This document shows positions 40,301 to 54,200 of a DNA stretch of 64,000 bases, one piece after another. This DNA comes from Octopus vulgaris. Its lineage: Eukaryota. Both the position numbers and the translations under genes were made by a program. Where the stretch lies: assembly GCA_951406725.2 (NCBI GenBank), contig OX597821.1, positions 81,530,001 to 81,594,000 on the forward strand, in the 5' to 3' direction. Position 1 is the first letter of the stretch; each line of letters opens with the position of its first letter. Under the pieces are notes generated by a model. The model saw only the letters and a program-made list of their open reading frames with translations, was not told the origin of the DNA and ran no database searches.

Positions 40301-43300
40301 ATAGAGAAAGATGTAGAGTGTTAAGATCAGATAAATGATGGGAGAAGGATGTTTGGATGTGTGTGAGTGTGTATGTATGTACAAATGCACATAAGTATGT
40401 ATGTACATGTGTGTGTGTGTATGGATGTATATATAGGCAACTATAAAAGTAATACAAAAAAAAGTCTAGACTAAGAATGACATGCATACATCAACCACAC
40501 TGGCATGACCACCACTAAGAGCTTCGTTGTTGAACAAGTTACTTGTAACACAATGACACTGGTTCATACCTGACACACACCCCTTCATTCAGCTCCAGGC
40601 AAGAGTAACAAAGAATAGGTGCAAAAAAATAAACACGAAATCTCAGCAAATTTCCATTGTCAAACAGATTATAGTAACAAAAAAATTGTCAAATTGTATT
40701 TTGAAATAAATAAAAAATCTGTTTTTTTTTTTTTTTTTTTTTTACTAGAATAGAAAAAAAAAAAGTTTTCTTTTGACAAGTTAGTCATCGGATTATTTTT
40801 CTAGTGTATAAGAGGTTGTATAGCAGAGATATAATCTAACAAATGTTGATATATAGCAACTAAGGAAAGTAAAAAGGTAAGGACTATACCTCAGGGTATG
40901 ATTTGGACTAGAACCATGCTGAAGCACTAAACTTGATATGGTAAAGATACACTGTTATTTAACATCTGCAATAATAATATTTTGCTTAGTTGTGTGATGT
41001 ACCATTGGTAGGTACTGAAACAGTATGTGCTGAAGATTATAAGGTAAATGTGAGCACCACCCCATAAAATAAATACCATATGTTTAACTATGACAATTTG
41101 GTGTGTTTCTACATATGTACACATGTGTGTGTGTATGTGTGCGCATATCTATCTATCTATCTGTCTGTCTATCTTTCTATGTGTATATATAAATGAGAAA
41201 TGTGAAATAGAGAGAAATAGTAGCAGCAGACTAAACATACTTCTGAAGAAAAAAGGGTACTAGTTGTTGGTCATGGTTCCCCTCTCAGGAGGAAAGATCT
41301 AGGCCGTGTGTGTTTCTGGAAGAGTCAATTAATTTTAATCCACCCCAAAAAATCAATCATGGTTATCTACAAGTTCATTATAAAATTTTGTTTGGGCCAA
41401 AGTGCTTGAAAACTAGAGCAACATTATATTATATTACATTATATTATATTACAATATATTATAATATATTATATTACAGTCATCCAGGGTAGAGTGGAAC
41501 TAAGAATACAGACAGTGCTCAGGCAATCCAGTGGGAATACCCTTATCAGTTGTTCCCTCACCAAAATAATAACTTCAAATTTATAAGGAGGCAGGGGTAT
41601 TTTTTGTTTGCTTAACACTTAAACCCTGCTAGAGTAGGGTAAGTGACGAAGTGCCTATAACCCATCTCCATGGCTGCTGGAAAGAGAACGGAAGGTGGGA
41701 GGGTGAAAAAATGACACAGTAGACAATTTTAGCGACCAACAGGGCTGCTATTTTTAGGAAGGACTTCATGACACACAAAACATGGTATCACATGAAAGTA
41801 GTTTAACTTCCTTGTTTGCATGTGTGCACACATATAAACACTGAGATAGACAGATAACTATACTAGTGTGACCTATACCACATCACATTTGCTCACGAAC
41901 ACATAGGCTTTTGTATAGACACATAGCCTTTTGCATACCAACACAAGCTTTGCACAGAATCAAACATGAGGATATGTATGTATAAAAGGAACAAAGCGAA
42001 ACAAATATATGTACAAATAAATACATTAAAATCCCAAGAAATATTTGTATAGATGGACAAACACATGCATAGAGTTCTAGGTTTATATATATGTATATAA
42101 ATCTGAGTGAAATATCTAGAGTATAAGCAACACGAACCTTCAGTTACTAACACAAATATTTATATCTATACATACGTAAACATACACAATCATACATACA
42201 CACATACTTATACATATATAAACACAGACACATAAGCATAGATATATCCATATTCACATATACAGAGATGTACATATAGGTATATATTTATCAATAATAC
42301 ACGTACAAACACAAATATATACACAAACACTCACACGAAATACATGCCATCGTCCATAAAGTAATAAAAGTTTTTTCTTACTAATGAGATTAGCCATCCA
42401 GAATATATAAAAAGCTGTGTGTTTAGGGCAGCAAATATTACAGCAAATGCAAAACCGTTTCACCATCACCTGCCGAAGGAGCAGTGAGGGTAGGAGGAGG
42501 AGGAGGCAGGCTCTTGGTTTCTCACAGTCTAAGCGACCTGAAGGGTGTGAGTGCAGGTGCGTGTCTGTGCAAGCGAATGAATCACAGCAGACGACTATCA
42601 CCTGTGCTGCAATTGTTGCTTAACTCCATGTCAACCCTGATCAAGAAGGCCTATGCCCAAAGGCATGTCAGCCGTAGCTATTTCGCTCCCCCTACCCATC
42701 GTTCAAATAGTAAATCCCAAACCGCATTATTCAATGTGTATTGGCATTTTCTTTTCTTTTTTTTTTTTTTTGTTATAAGTATACAATAGCAAAGTGCTGT
42801 AGCTGCTATGCGACTGCAGAGAGGCTTTCACAGACAGCATGTGTTCGTCACAGCAGACGAAGTATTATGTGTATATATATATAAGTTAATCCTCCTTCTC
42901 ATCATCATCGTAATCATCATCACTACCACCACTACCAACGATCTCTTAATGTCCAATTTTCAATGCTGACAACGTATCCGTTGTGGCAGATTAAACGCAT
43001 GCTCGTGTGTATATGTGTGTGTGTGTGTTGTATACGCGCATTCATACTTAAGAAAAGGCGTCAGGATTGTTGCGAGGGTATATCTAACTAAAAACACTGA
43101 AATTTGGTCAGAGCAAAGTCGATTGTGGTGTATAGAAATGTAAACAAAATATTTCGCGCTAAGAGGATGGGCAAACGGTTGGGAATATATATATATATAT
43201 ATATATCACCGTGACCGACCAGGCTATCAGATGTTGCTACACATCGCTGGTCACAATGCGCTTCGCATTGTTTTAGCTTTCAAATGACACCACCCCGCTG

Positions 43301-43754
43301 GCTAAGCGGGCAGGCCAATATATATATATAAACTGATGGGTGGAGAAAGAGATAAACGAGTGAAGAAAACGATATAGATGAAAACGAAAAGTAATTAATC
43401 AGTCGGGTATATGGGTATGTATGTGGGGAGAGAGAGAGATGGGGAGGTAGAGAACGTAGCTGTTGTTGACGGAACGGTCAGACCCAATCTATGGCACCAG
43501 GTTTGAACAAATCCCCTGCGACGGCGAGAGAGAGGTCTCAGTGCTTGGGACCACACCGCACACGAAACTGTTGGTGCGGTTGTTCGACCTGCTAGAACCC
43601 GCATGCGAATTCAACCTCAAACTGCATCACCAACGTTAAAAAAAAAACCCGAGAGGGGTGCTTCGTCAGAACATAAAACCAAAGTTTGCAGAGAAATTCA
43701 ATATAGATCTTAGTCAGCGAGGTAGAGGTTGGGAATAGGTAAATAGTTAAATAG

Positions 43755-43828
<74 letters not shown>

Positions 43829-43965
43829 GGTCACACACGTTTTAATAAATAATCGGTAGAAGTTACAGAGTGACTTTGGCCCAAGAGTTTCGAGCGTTAA
43901 AACTTATCAAGTGCACACTCGTCCTATAAGTTCTGCAGATTAATATAAAAAACGGGTATGTGTAA

Positions 43966-43999
<34 letters not shown>

Positions 44000-44052
44000 A
44001 TGTATGTATATACTCATGTTTTGAGTTCTATTTCTCTGTTTGCATCGCCAAA

Positions 44053-44093
<41 letters not shown>

Positions 44094-44624
44094 GTAGATA
44101 AATAAGTCAAGTAAACGGATAGATAAATAGAGAGAGGATTATAAATGTGAATGTTTCTCACTGTGTACAACAACTGGTCGCCATCGGCCGATGAAGGTTG
44201 TTGCGATGAAGAGAAGAAGAAACGTCCAAAGTTAGCAAAAGTTCGATCTGGCATTCTACTCTTGTCGCTCTACTCCTCCCACTCCCTCACAGCAATGCGA
44301 CTACCACTTCGTTGAAGCTTCCTTTTTACACTCCTTCATTCATTCACAAGACACACACACACACATAAGAGAATGCCAAATATTTTCAACAAGTTCCTCG
44401 AATTCCGACCATCATCACCTTAACATCACAATCAGCATCATCAGGCAAGAAACCCAAAACATTAAAAGAAAAAGAAAAATATATAAAGAAAAGAAGGGGA
44501 AATACTTATTTTGTCCTTTTTTTCCCCCTCTTTCAGTCTTTTTGTTTTACCTGAAATATTAGCGAGGTCCCTGCTGGATGACGGTAGCTACAACATGAAC
44601 TTTAAGGAAGTCATAGATAGAGAC

Positions 44625-44673
<49 letters not shown>

Positions 44674-45270
44674 TAGATAGAGAGGGGGAGAGGGAGAGAG
44701 AGAGACTGTAGAGTCCGAGTTAGATGACTGGGTGGGGAGAGCAGAGTATAAATGATGGGAAGGAGATAGAAAGGGAAAAGGAAAGAGTGGTAGGCAAAGA
44801 GAAAGAGATACCAAGTGAGGAAAAAGGGAAACGGAGAGAGAGAGAGAAAGGTAGAAGTGAAGAAGGAAGTAAGGAGAAGTAGGAAACAAGAGACGAAAAA
44901 GTGAGAAATGAGAAGCGAAAGGGAAAAGAGAGAAAAGAAAAGAGGCTGAAGGAAGGAAGGGAGGAGAAGAGAGAGAGAGAGGGGGGAAGAGAGAAGGAGT
45001 ATGGCAGAGAGAAACGAGAACGAGGGAAAAACAAAAAAAAAAAGCAGGGCTGTGTTGGGTCGTTTGTAAAAACAACCTGAAACACTTGCTGCTTTTACTA
45101 TCATCATGTAGGCGTGTGTGTGTGTGTGTGTGTGTGGAGACGAAATAATGGGAGGAAAGTTGTGGAAGAGGAGGGAAATGAAGAGAAGGAAGAAGAAGAA
45201 GAAGAAGAAAAACTAAGTTCGCAGGATATCTACATTTATGGGAAGTTTATATCAAGAAAGTAAAAAAGAA

Positions 45271-45324
<54 letters not shown>

Positions 45325-45570
45325 AAAGTTTGGATGGCAGGAAAGAGAAAGAGAGGAAGAGGAGTGAAAATGAAAGGAAAGAGAAAAAGATGAGATAAAA
45401 CGAAGAGGAAGGACGTGATTAAACGTGGAAAACTAGTTCCATGTGAGCAGACCTGGAGAAAGTTGGTAATCATTAGATGCAAAATATAGACCCCTCTTTC
45501 ACATACCTCATTGACTATTTTATTAACTAGCGCCAGATATTTACGATTTATGTGTGGGTTACGAGTATGT

Positions 45571-45608
<38 letters not shown>

Positions 45609-48600
45609 ATATAGCGTATATGATGAACTTATAATTAAAAATAAAGATTTGTAAATAAGATAATTCTTTCCTAAATAATTGCTCTACCTTTGCTTCTTAT
45701 AGGGTATCCCTCAAAACCGTAGGCCCGTGTCTACTACCCATCCCTGTTTTGGCCTGTATATGGGGTAGATACAAAAAATGCAGTAGCACTTGTTAAGACA
45801 CCGAACCCACTCCATCGTTGGCCAACCGGCGGCGGTTCGAGCTATCTTTCTCTTTCTGGCTACTCCTGTGCATCCGTAACTTCTAATCCTAATCTCTATT
45901 ACCATCACTCAACAGAACTACCCGCCCACCGAATAAGTTAAATGATCCACCGCTGGTAAAGCATCCTGTTGTAATTATACCTGGCATCACAACGGCCAGT
46001 CCCAGCCGCAACACCGCCGCCAATAGTAAATTGAATTCTATTACACTTCCACCACCATCACCACTGCCGATGCCCCTACCATCAAAACAACAAATCTTTC
46101 AGTGAAGTGCCTTAGCTCTTTTGCGATGATGGGGATGAGGCAGAGTCTCAATCCTGGAGATTAATAATTGTGTATGTAAATTTTTACAAAGATCATTATT
46201 TGCACTGTGTAAGTGTTATTTTTATAATTTAGTCACGAAAGGAGAGGCAGCATACCTTCAAATAGAGATAAATATAAAAGCGGAGGAGTGGCTGTGTGGT
46301 AAGTAGCTTGCTTACCAACCACATGGTTCTGGGTTCAGTCCCACTGCGTGGCACCTTGGGCAAGTGTCTTCTACTATAGCCCCGGGTTGACCAAAGACTT
46401 GTGAGTGGATTTGGTAGACGGAAACTGAAAGAAGCCTGTCGTATATATGTGTGCGTGTATGTTTGTGTGTCTGTGTTTGTCCCCCTAGCATTGTTTGACA
46501 ACCGATGCTGGTGTGTTTATGTCCCCGTAACTTAGTGGTTCAGCAAAAGAGACTGATAGAATAAGTACTAGGCTTATAAAGAATAAGTCCAGGGGTCAGT
46601 TTCTTCAACTAAAGGCGGTGCTCCAGCATGGCCACAGTCAAATGACTAAAACAAGTAAAAGAGTATGTAACTGCATAAAGACACGGGGGGGAAGCGAACG
46701 CACAACACACGTGAGGATCTCTCTCTCTCTCTCTGACACACACAAATATAGACTTTAACTGGTTTCAGTGATTAAAAGGCATCACCGTCAGTCACATCGA
46801 TCGCAGTATTTATTTCAGTCCGATACTTATTTTGTCGGAACTCAGGTTCTCTGTTTATCGGGACACCGTTTAATTGGTCTTGTTCGATTGAACTTGTCAA
46901 GATTTACACTAGCAAACATGAAACACAGTACACACATAAGAGAGTAAATTCTTCACACAGCCATGTCTAGTACAGAACAGGGCCGTGCCAGAGCACCGCC
47001 CTTAGTGTGTGTGGGCAAATTACTAGGTATATTATGTACTGAAATACAAGGTATAAGATATGTACGTTTATCTGTGTACTTTTTTTCTCTTTAAGGTAAT
47101 CATAACAGCCTGGTACCTGACTCAACTCTAGTTACAATTTTTGGGTGGTGCTGTGGTGTTGCTAGTGGTGTAAGTTACTGAGTAAGTGCACAAAGGGAGA
47201 GGAGGGTCTTGAATTGCCACCTAAACAAACCTTCCAAACTGAGAGGAACCTGTAACAGTAGTAAACTAGGTCAGTATTTATTCTAGTGACAGTCATCCCC
47301 CACCATTCACCCCTTTAGTGTAAAGAACATAAGATCAAAGAGAAATCTGGTGTGGGGGTATGTGTGCGGGAGAGGATCCATAGAAATGGTTTGGGTGGAA
47401 TGTAAATGTTTCTGTTCCCCAATTAAAATTTATCAGAGCAATGATCTCATCATTATCAACCTTGTCCATTATTCTCAACCGATAATATGGATTCATAGCC
47501 ACTGTCCTGTGGTACCATTAACACTACTTTTGATCATGGGTCAGCTCTTTTAAGGCTGACCTACTGGATTAAGCAACAACCCCAACAATAATCATCTATT
47601 TATCTCTTGGGTCTCCATTATTTCAAGTGTTTATGTCTATTCAATACATCATAATTCATTGACCATCTTACACACAATCAAACGCCTCTGGGACCATAGA
47701 TATGTAACAACCATTTACTTGCTGCAATAGCATATTCAGCCTCTTCACAAACGTTTGCACATGTTAACAACATACAAACAATTTAATGGTCTACCAACAG
47801 ATTGGTACCCAAGATTCACAGACAACCAGTGGACCTGCAGTTGTCAAGTCGTATCGAAGGGATCAGAAGAGACCTCTATGATGGGAAGATGATATAATGA
47901 AAAAATTCTAGCCCAAATAGAAGAGAAGGGCTGAGTCAAGGGAATAAGAAACAGGCTTTGTGATCAGTGATGTATCAAATCATAATGAGAATTTAATTGA
48001 TGGAGTAACTGATTGGCAAGGGAACCTCTACACAATCACTTGTCCTCCTAGAAATAGTAGCCAAATTCCCTCAAATCACATCTTACTTTTTTTTAAAAAA
48101 AAGGACCCATTGGATAATGTAACATAGTCCTAGATATACAAAAAGACAGATTGATCATAACAGGAATGCTTTTGACCACAGGCCTGCTCAATCAAGGCTG
48201 ACCTGAGGCTTCATAACAACAACACACCAAAACACAACAACATTCTAATGGCATTTCATCAAGTCAATCTTATATAACAAAATAACTTCAGTTTTCATTT
48301 CTTTTTCTTCAGACTTAAACTTTGTGCTGCAACGATTTACCTCACAAACCAAGGTTTCCCCTACTGGCACAAGGTCATACAATGTGGAAGGAGGAGGATA
48401 GCCAATTAGATTGACTCCTCTCCCCAGGATTTGACAGACACTTTAAGAAAGCATCATCATCACCATCATTTAACATCCACTTTTCCATGCTTGCATGGGT
48501 CAGATTGAATTTGTTGAGACAGATTGTCTACAACTGGATGCCCTTCCTGTCACCAACCCTCACATTTCCTAAAAAGGTAATGTTCTCCAAGGCTGGATAT

Positions 48601-51219
48601 GTTTTCCATTGGAGACTGGAAATCAACAACCTTGCTTATATGACTGTAATGTTCATCTACAACCATCAAATGATGTCTAAACAAGAGGTACACACACACA
48701 CATATAACTGGCTTCTTTCAGTCTCCGTCCACCAAATCCACTCACAAGACTTTTGGTCAGCCTGGGGATATAATAAAATGCCCAAAATGCTATTCAGTGG
48801 GACTGAACCCAAGACCACATGGTTGGGAACGAAGCTTCTGTACCATAGAGACAACCCTATGCTTATTTCCAGAAGAGAAAAAAAAAGTCAAGTTAACCCG
48901 GGTGATATTTGAACTCAGAATACAAGAGACATTAACAAATATCACAAGGTATTTTGTTAGGTGCTGTACCGAGTAATCTTCTGCAACTGAATCAATGCTA
49001 AATGTCTGAATGATTACTGACACTTAACAACAACCATCTCAAGAGAGTTCTGTACAGTCTCAACAAAAGTCTTGCATGGAATCCTGTATAACTACTACTA
49101 TATCATTCTTCTTGTTCTGTATGGAGTTCATGAAGTAGGCTTACCTTTGTTTACAAATCAACACATTGGACTTTGTTGTGTATTCATACAATGACCATGA
49201 AGTAAGTACAGCACTGTTAAGTATTAATACTTGTTACTGTACAGTGACTATGAATCCCTCTACTTAGCTTGAACCACCAGTTTAACTGTTAACACTATTA
49301 TGCATATCTACATGAAATAAGTCAGTGAAGTTACTTAAATTTGCCCTTAATTAAACAGAGATCAAACTGAGGGTACTTTTGCACATGTATACTTTAAGTG
49401 TAAAAGTATATCCAGTGCTTTTGTAGTCAACTTCTGAACTCACATCTCCCTACAGCATACTTCATATTTGCAAGCCTTTTTTTAAAATCTCTCTGTTTCA
49501 ATCATTGGATTGCAGCCGTACTTTGGGCACCACTTTGAAGGGGATTTTGTTGAACAAATTGACCCCAGAGCTTATTTTTTAAAATCTGGTATTCATTCTA
49601 TCAGACCCAATTGTTGAAACTGCTAAGTTACAGGGTACAAACAAACTAACACCAGTTGTCAAGTAGTGGGAGGGGAACAAACAGAGATAAAAGCACACAT
49701 GCACACAACAGGCTTCGATAAAGTTTCCACCCAACAAATTTACTCAGCATTGGTTGGCCAGGAGATATTTGAAGACACATGCGTAAGGTGCTGTGCAGTG
49801 GTACTGAACCTGAAATCACATGACTGCAAACAAAATGAGCTTAACCACACAGTCATGAATGTACCATACTCTTTTACTTGTTTCAGTCATTTGACTGCGA
49901 CCATGCTGGGGCACCGCCTTTAGTCGAGCAACTCGACCCCGGGACTTATTCTTTTGTAAGCCCAGTACTTATTCTATCGGTCTCTTTTGCCGAACCGCTA
50001 AGTAACGGGGACATAAACACACCAGCATCGGTTGTCAAGCAATGCAAGGGGGACAAACACAGACACACACATATATATATATATATACATATATACGACA
50101 GGCTTCTTTCAGTTTCCGTCTACCAAATCCACTCACAAGGCTTTGGTCGGCCCGAGGCTATAGTAGAAGACACTTGCCCAAGGTGCCACGCAGTGGGAGT
50201 GAACCCGGAACCATGTGGTTGGTAAGCAAGCTACTTACCACACAGCCACTCCTGCGCCTATGCGTCTAAATGATTTTTATAAACCAGAGTTTCTTCAAAC
50301 TTTGGATTTAAAATTTTGATTTTGAAACTTGTGCTTCACTTAGGCACAGGTTTGATCAGAAGCTATAAGAACAACAGACTGGATAAGGAACAGAGAAGGT
50401 CCAAGAAGAAGAAGAAGAAGATGCTTACCTTCCAGCAGATGAAGGACTGCGCGGTAAAGTGGCAGACATGGATCTGGAGCTTGTGTCAACATGGAGGGAA
50501 CTTCCTGGAGGTAGAGTGGCACTACCGTCAATTGTAGATGAGTATTGTTGATAATGCTGCTGTTGTTGCATATGTTGTTGATACTGTTGCTGCTGCTGCA
50601 ACTGTTGTTGTTGTTGTTGCTGCTGCAGCTGTTGTTGATACTGTAACTGCTGCTGTTGTTGTTGTTGTTGTTGTTGTTGTTGCAGCTGCTGTTGTTTTTG
50701 TTGCTGCTGAAGCAAGAGAAGTTGATCAGGTTGGGGAGGAGCCATCTGGCCGGGATGGTGCTGCTGCTGCTGATGATGGTGATGACTGCTGGAGGTTTGA
50801 TAATTTTGCTGCTGCTGTACGTAGGTGTTATACTGACTACTCTGACCGCCGGTCAATGTACCAGTTGGACTGGACAGTTGACTGCCCGCTGCAGAAACAA
50901 CAACAGCATGTCACAAGAGAAAATTTAAAGCAAATATCTTAAATGGGAGGCATTTGAAACCTTAAAAAAAAAATGATTCTAAGACATATTTTCAAAAGCC
51001 ATTATTATTGTTATTAAACAAATTAGTTTAAATTCTAAGAAAACTTTTAGCAAATAATTTCATTAAAATAGAACATTGCTGTTTACTAAATAATGTAGTT
51101 TATTTAAGGCAAACAAAATAATGGGAAAAAACACAAAGCCATAAAAACAAAGTCAAAAATACTAAGAAAAATTTTAATATCTTTCAGTTGTTAGAAAATA
51201 TTAAAATTAACAAAAAAAA

Positions 51220-51290
<71 letters not shown>

Positions 51291-54200
51291 TATATATGTA
51301 TGTACATACATATATATAGAATAAGATGTATTTAGATATTTCTCAAGAGAGTTGAAGCAAATACCAGACAAGGTTTTAAAACTTTGAGCTTTGTTGCCAA
51401 GCCAAGTTGCCAGACATTAGAAATTACGAGAATATCAAATGATATCAGAAGAGTGGATTTTGGAAACTCCTTGGTATAAGTTAATGTCAATAGGTGGTGA
51501 CTGGCTCAATATTGGCCATACTTTGTTTGTTTTAGCCATGGACACTTAATATGTATAATTAATTGCTTAACACTGAGTGGGAGAGAAGGCATTTTGGTCA
51601 TATCAACATCACTTCCACAAAAGATATCTAAATTTACCCACTTGAAAAATAACCTTCAGAATAATATGACCTAATTCTAGCCATTGTTACACTACAGTAA
51701 AGCACTTATTAATGTAGTGCAATGCTATGTTGTTTATTATACAATATATTGAATATTCTATTATACTGCAAAAACAGAATAACTCAGTATGAAAAATACT
51801 GTTTCGTGGAATATTAGTGCAATATAAATGATAACTATCAGCCATGAAGTAGTGAGAATATCAAAGTCAGACCTTAAAACCAAGCTCTGTAGCATTTACA
51901 GACAGGAAATAAAGACCTCCATGACTAGGCTGACAGTCCATTGCAATACCATTTCAATATATTTTCCCTCACAAGTTAAATTAACCCAGGTACGTTCAAT
52001 CAGACACTCTACCCAAGGAGAAAAATTAAAAGACCTCCAGCACATATGAACTCAAGCCTATGATCTGAATACCCAGCACCTCATCCGTTAGGTTATTTCA
52101 CAAAAACCATCCTTCGGGCTTCAACTTTTAATCTTATTTGTTATTCGGAAGTTGTTTAGCCCCAGATTTATCTTAACTAAGCAGACCTGTGGCAAAAAAA
52201 AAAAAAAAAAAAAAAAAAAACCCATAAAAGATGAAAACAGAAATGTTCTAATCATAACCAAACCACATTTTTTTTTAATTCTCTCAGAATGTATCAGTGA
52301 CTACATTATCTAAACATGTCCCCTTTATTTTTAAGATGGTGAATGATCTAAGGGAGATTTGGCTTCCCTTTCAAGATGAGCAATCATATATTGGCTCCTT
52401 TGTGATTTTGTATGTACAATTTCATGATGCAACTCAACCATACACATATATAGTCCAGTTATTGAAGCCCTTAAAATTAAGCAAAATACTGTGAAATAAC
52501 AAAAATTATTTCATCAGAATTTGAGGGTAACAAAAATCATTTCAAAGTTAAACACAAAACTAAATTCAAAGAGACAAGCTGAGCCTGTGTTGTGAAAATC
52601 ATTAAAACAGTTGGTTCATGCACCCCATTTATTTTTTGAAAAAGTAACTTTATTAAAATGTATTCTGTATTTTTATAAAACAGATATCGAAATATCGTTG
52701 ATGTCTGGCAACATCATAACTGTGAACTGAATGCCACCTCAGTACAACCATCATTGTGAAACAATTGCAGACAGTTACACTTGCCTTCTGTTTGTTGTTT
52801 GTCGTCTTCTCCTTGTTATTTGAGGAGCTATCACAGAACAAAAGCTAAGTTTCAACTTAAGTGAATCTTCTAAAACTCCAGTGTTTCATAGCAGAGTCAG
52901 ATAAAATCTAGAATGTTCTTTTCCATTATTAATAAACCGATTAGGCAAAGACCCACACATTGTCTGGCTCCATTCCCAGATGTATAACCTGAATACTCCT
53001 GAACCTATTGCTTCAAAACCTTTTTAATAATGATAAGACCATATTAAATCTATAGAAAGGTTAGATTCTTTTTTATGATGTTAAAAGAGAGGGTCTCTTT
53101 ATAGTTTTGTTGATTTAAAACCTACGTTTGACCATTATGAGGCCCTACTTACTTAAAAAAAGGGCTCTATAATATAAATATTCTTTATAATTTTGGCACA
53201 AAGCCAGTGATTTTGAGGAGAGGGGGCAAGTTGATTACATCAATCTGAGAACTTGACTGGTATTTTATTTTATTGACCCTAAAAGACAAAAGGCAAAGCT
53301 GGTTTCAGCAGGATTTGAACTCAGTCTCAGAAGAAATTCAACTAAGCATTTTGTCCGATACACTAACAATTCAGCCAGCCAGTCATAGACTCTTGAAGGA
53401 ACTAACACATAAAAGATTTTACCCAAATGATAATAAAAGGTGTAAAAGCATGTGTAACAAAACTATAAATATTGCCCAATGATTATTTCAGGATGGAAGA
53501 TGTTCTTGATATTGTTACCTCAGTTCATTACATTATCATGGTAATTATTTTGCTAGTGGTCTTCTCAATTTAAAAGTTGCCACAGTGGGTAGCAAGAGCT
53601 GTTTAGGCTGTAGTCAAGAGTTCAGGCCTTAAGTGGTTACTACAATGGGTGACATTTTTTCTGGCTGTCGTTTTAATAAATTGCAATAAATCATTAATAA
53701 TGTTAAAGAAAACAACTCTTGTTAAAGAAACAACATGCAGGAACCCAAGGTGCCAGTCCAGAAAATACTGCAGTTTAGTAAGATTTCACTCAGAGAATAC
53801 TCATGCAGAATATACTTGACCATTTAAAGAAAGTTATCAGGAACCAAAACTAAACAAGATAAATTAGTTTACGTTGGTGAGTAGTCATGAACATGACTAA
53901 ATTGTATTTTTCGAAAGTTTAAGCCAAACATCAGCTTGCAACAAGAAGTTCCAAAATGTAAATAAAAATTTTTTAAAAATAAAACAAAAAGAAAAGAAAC
54001 CCATTTAGTTTAGCAGCATAACAGCTTCTTGCTTCAGTTTTAATAAACTTTTGGTAAGCTTTATGTAAAAATAGAATCTTTACAATGTTTATAGATTACT
54101 GGAAAGTGCTGGCCTTCAAAGCAGGTCGTCATCTGCAGCTGTTTCAGAGAGTTATGGCAATCAGAAGCTTTCTTGACAGGATAAAGCAAACCAGAATTGG

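Larger units (their letters stand above)
42400..46100. promoter_or_regulatory. CpG-enriched, largely transposon-poor intronic zone with long GA/CT tracts; candidate internal promoter/enhancer
   Basis: Visibly more CpG than the flanking intron (e.g. 43450-43620, 44170-44420, 45800-46030). Purine tract at 44612-45450; strong minus-strand donor CAG|gtaaaa at 44551. Confidence 0.45.

Noticed and set aside
44559-45107. Hydrophobic 121-182 aa ORFs resembling membrane proteins
   Set aside because: Translation of a CT-rich low-complexity tract, open in all three frames.
50538-50942. Plus-strand poly-Val/Ala/Leu ORFs
   Set aside because: Antisense shadow of the polyQ exon.
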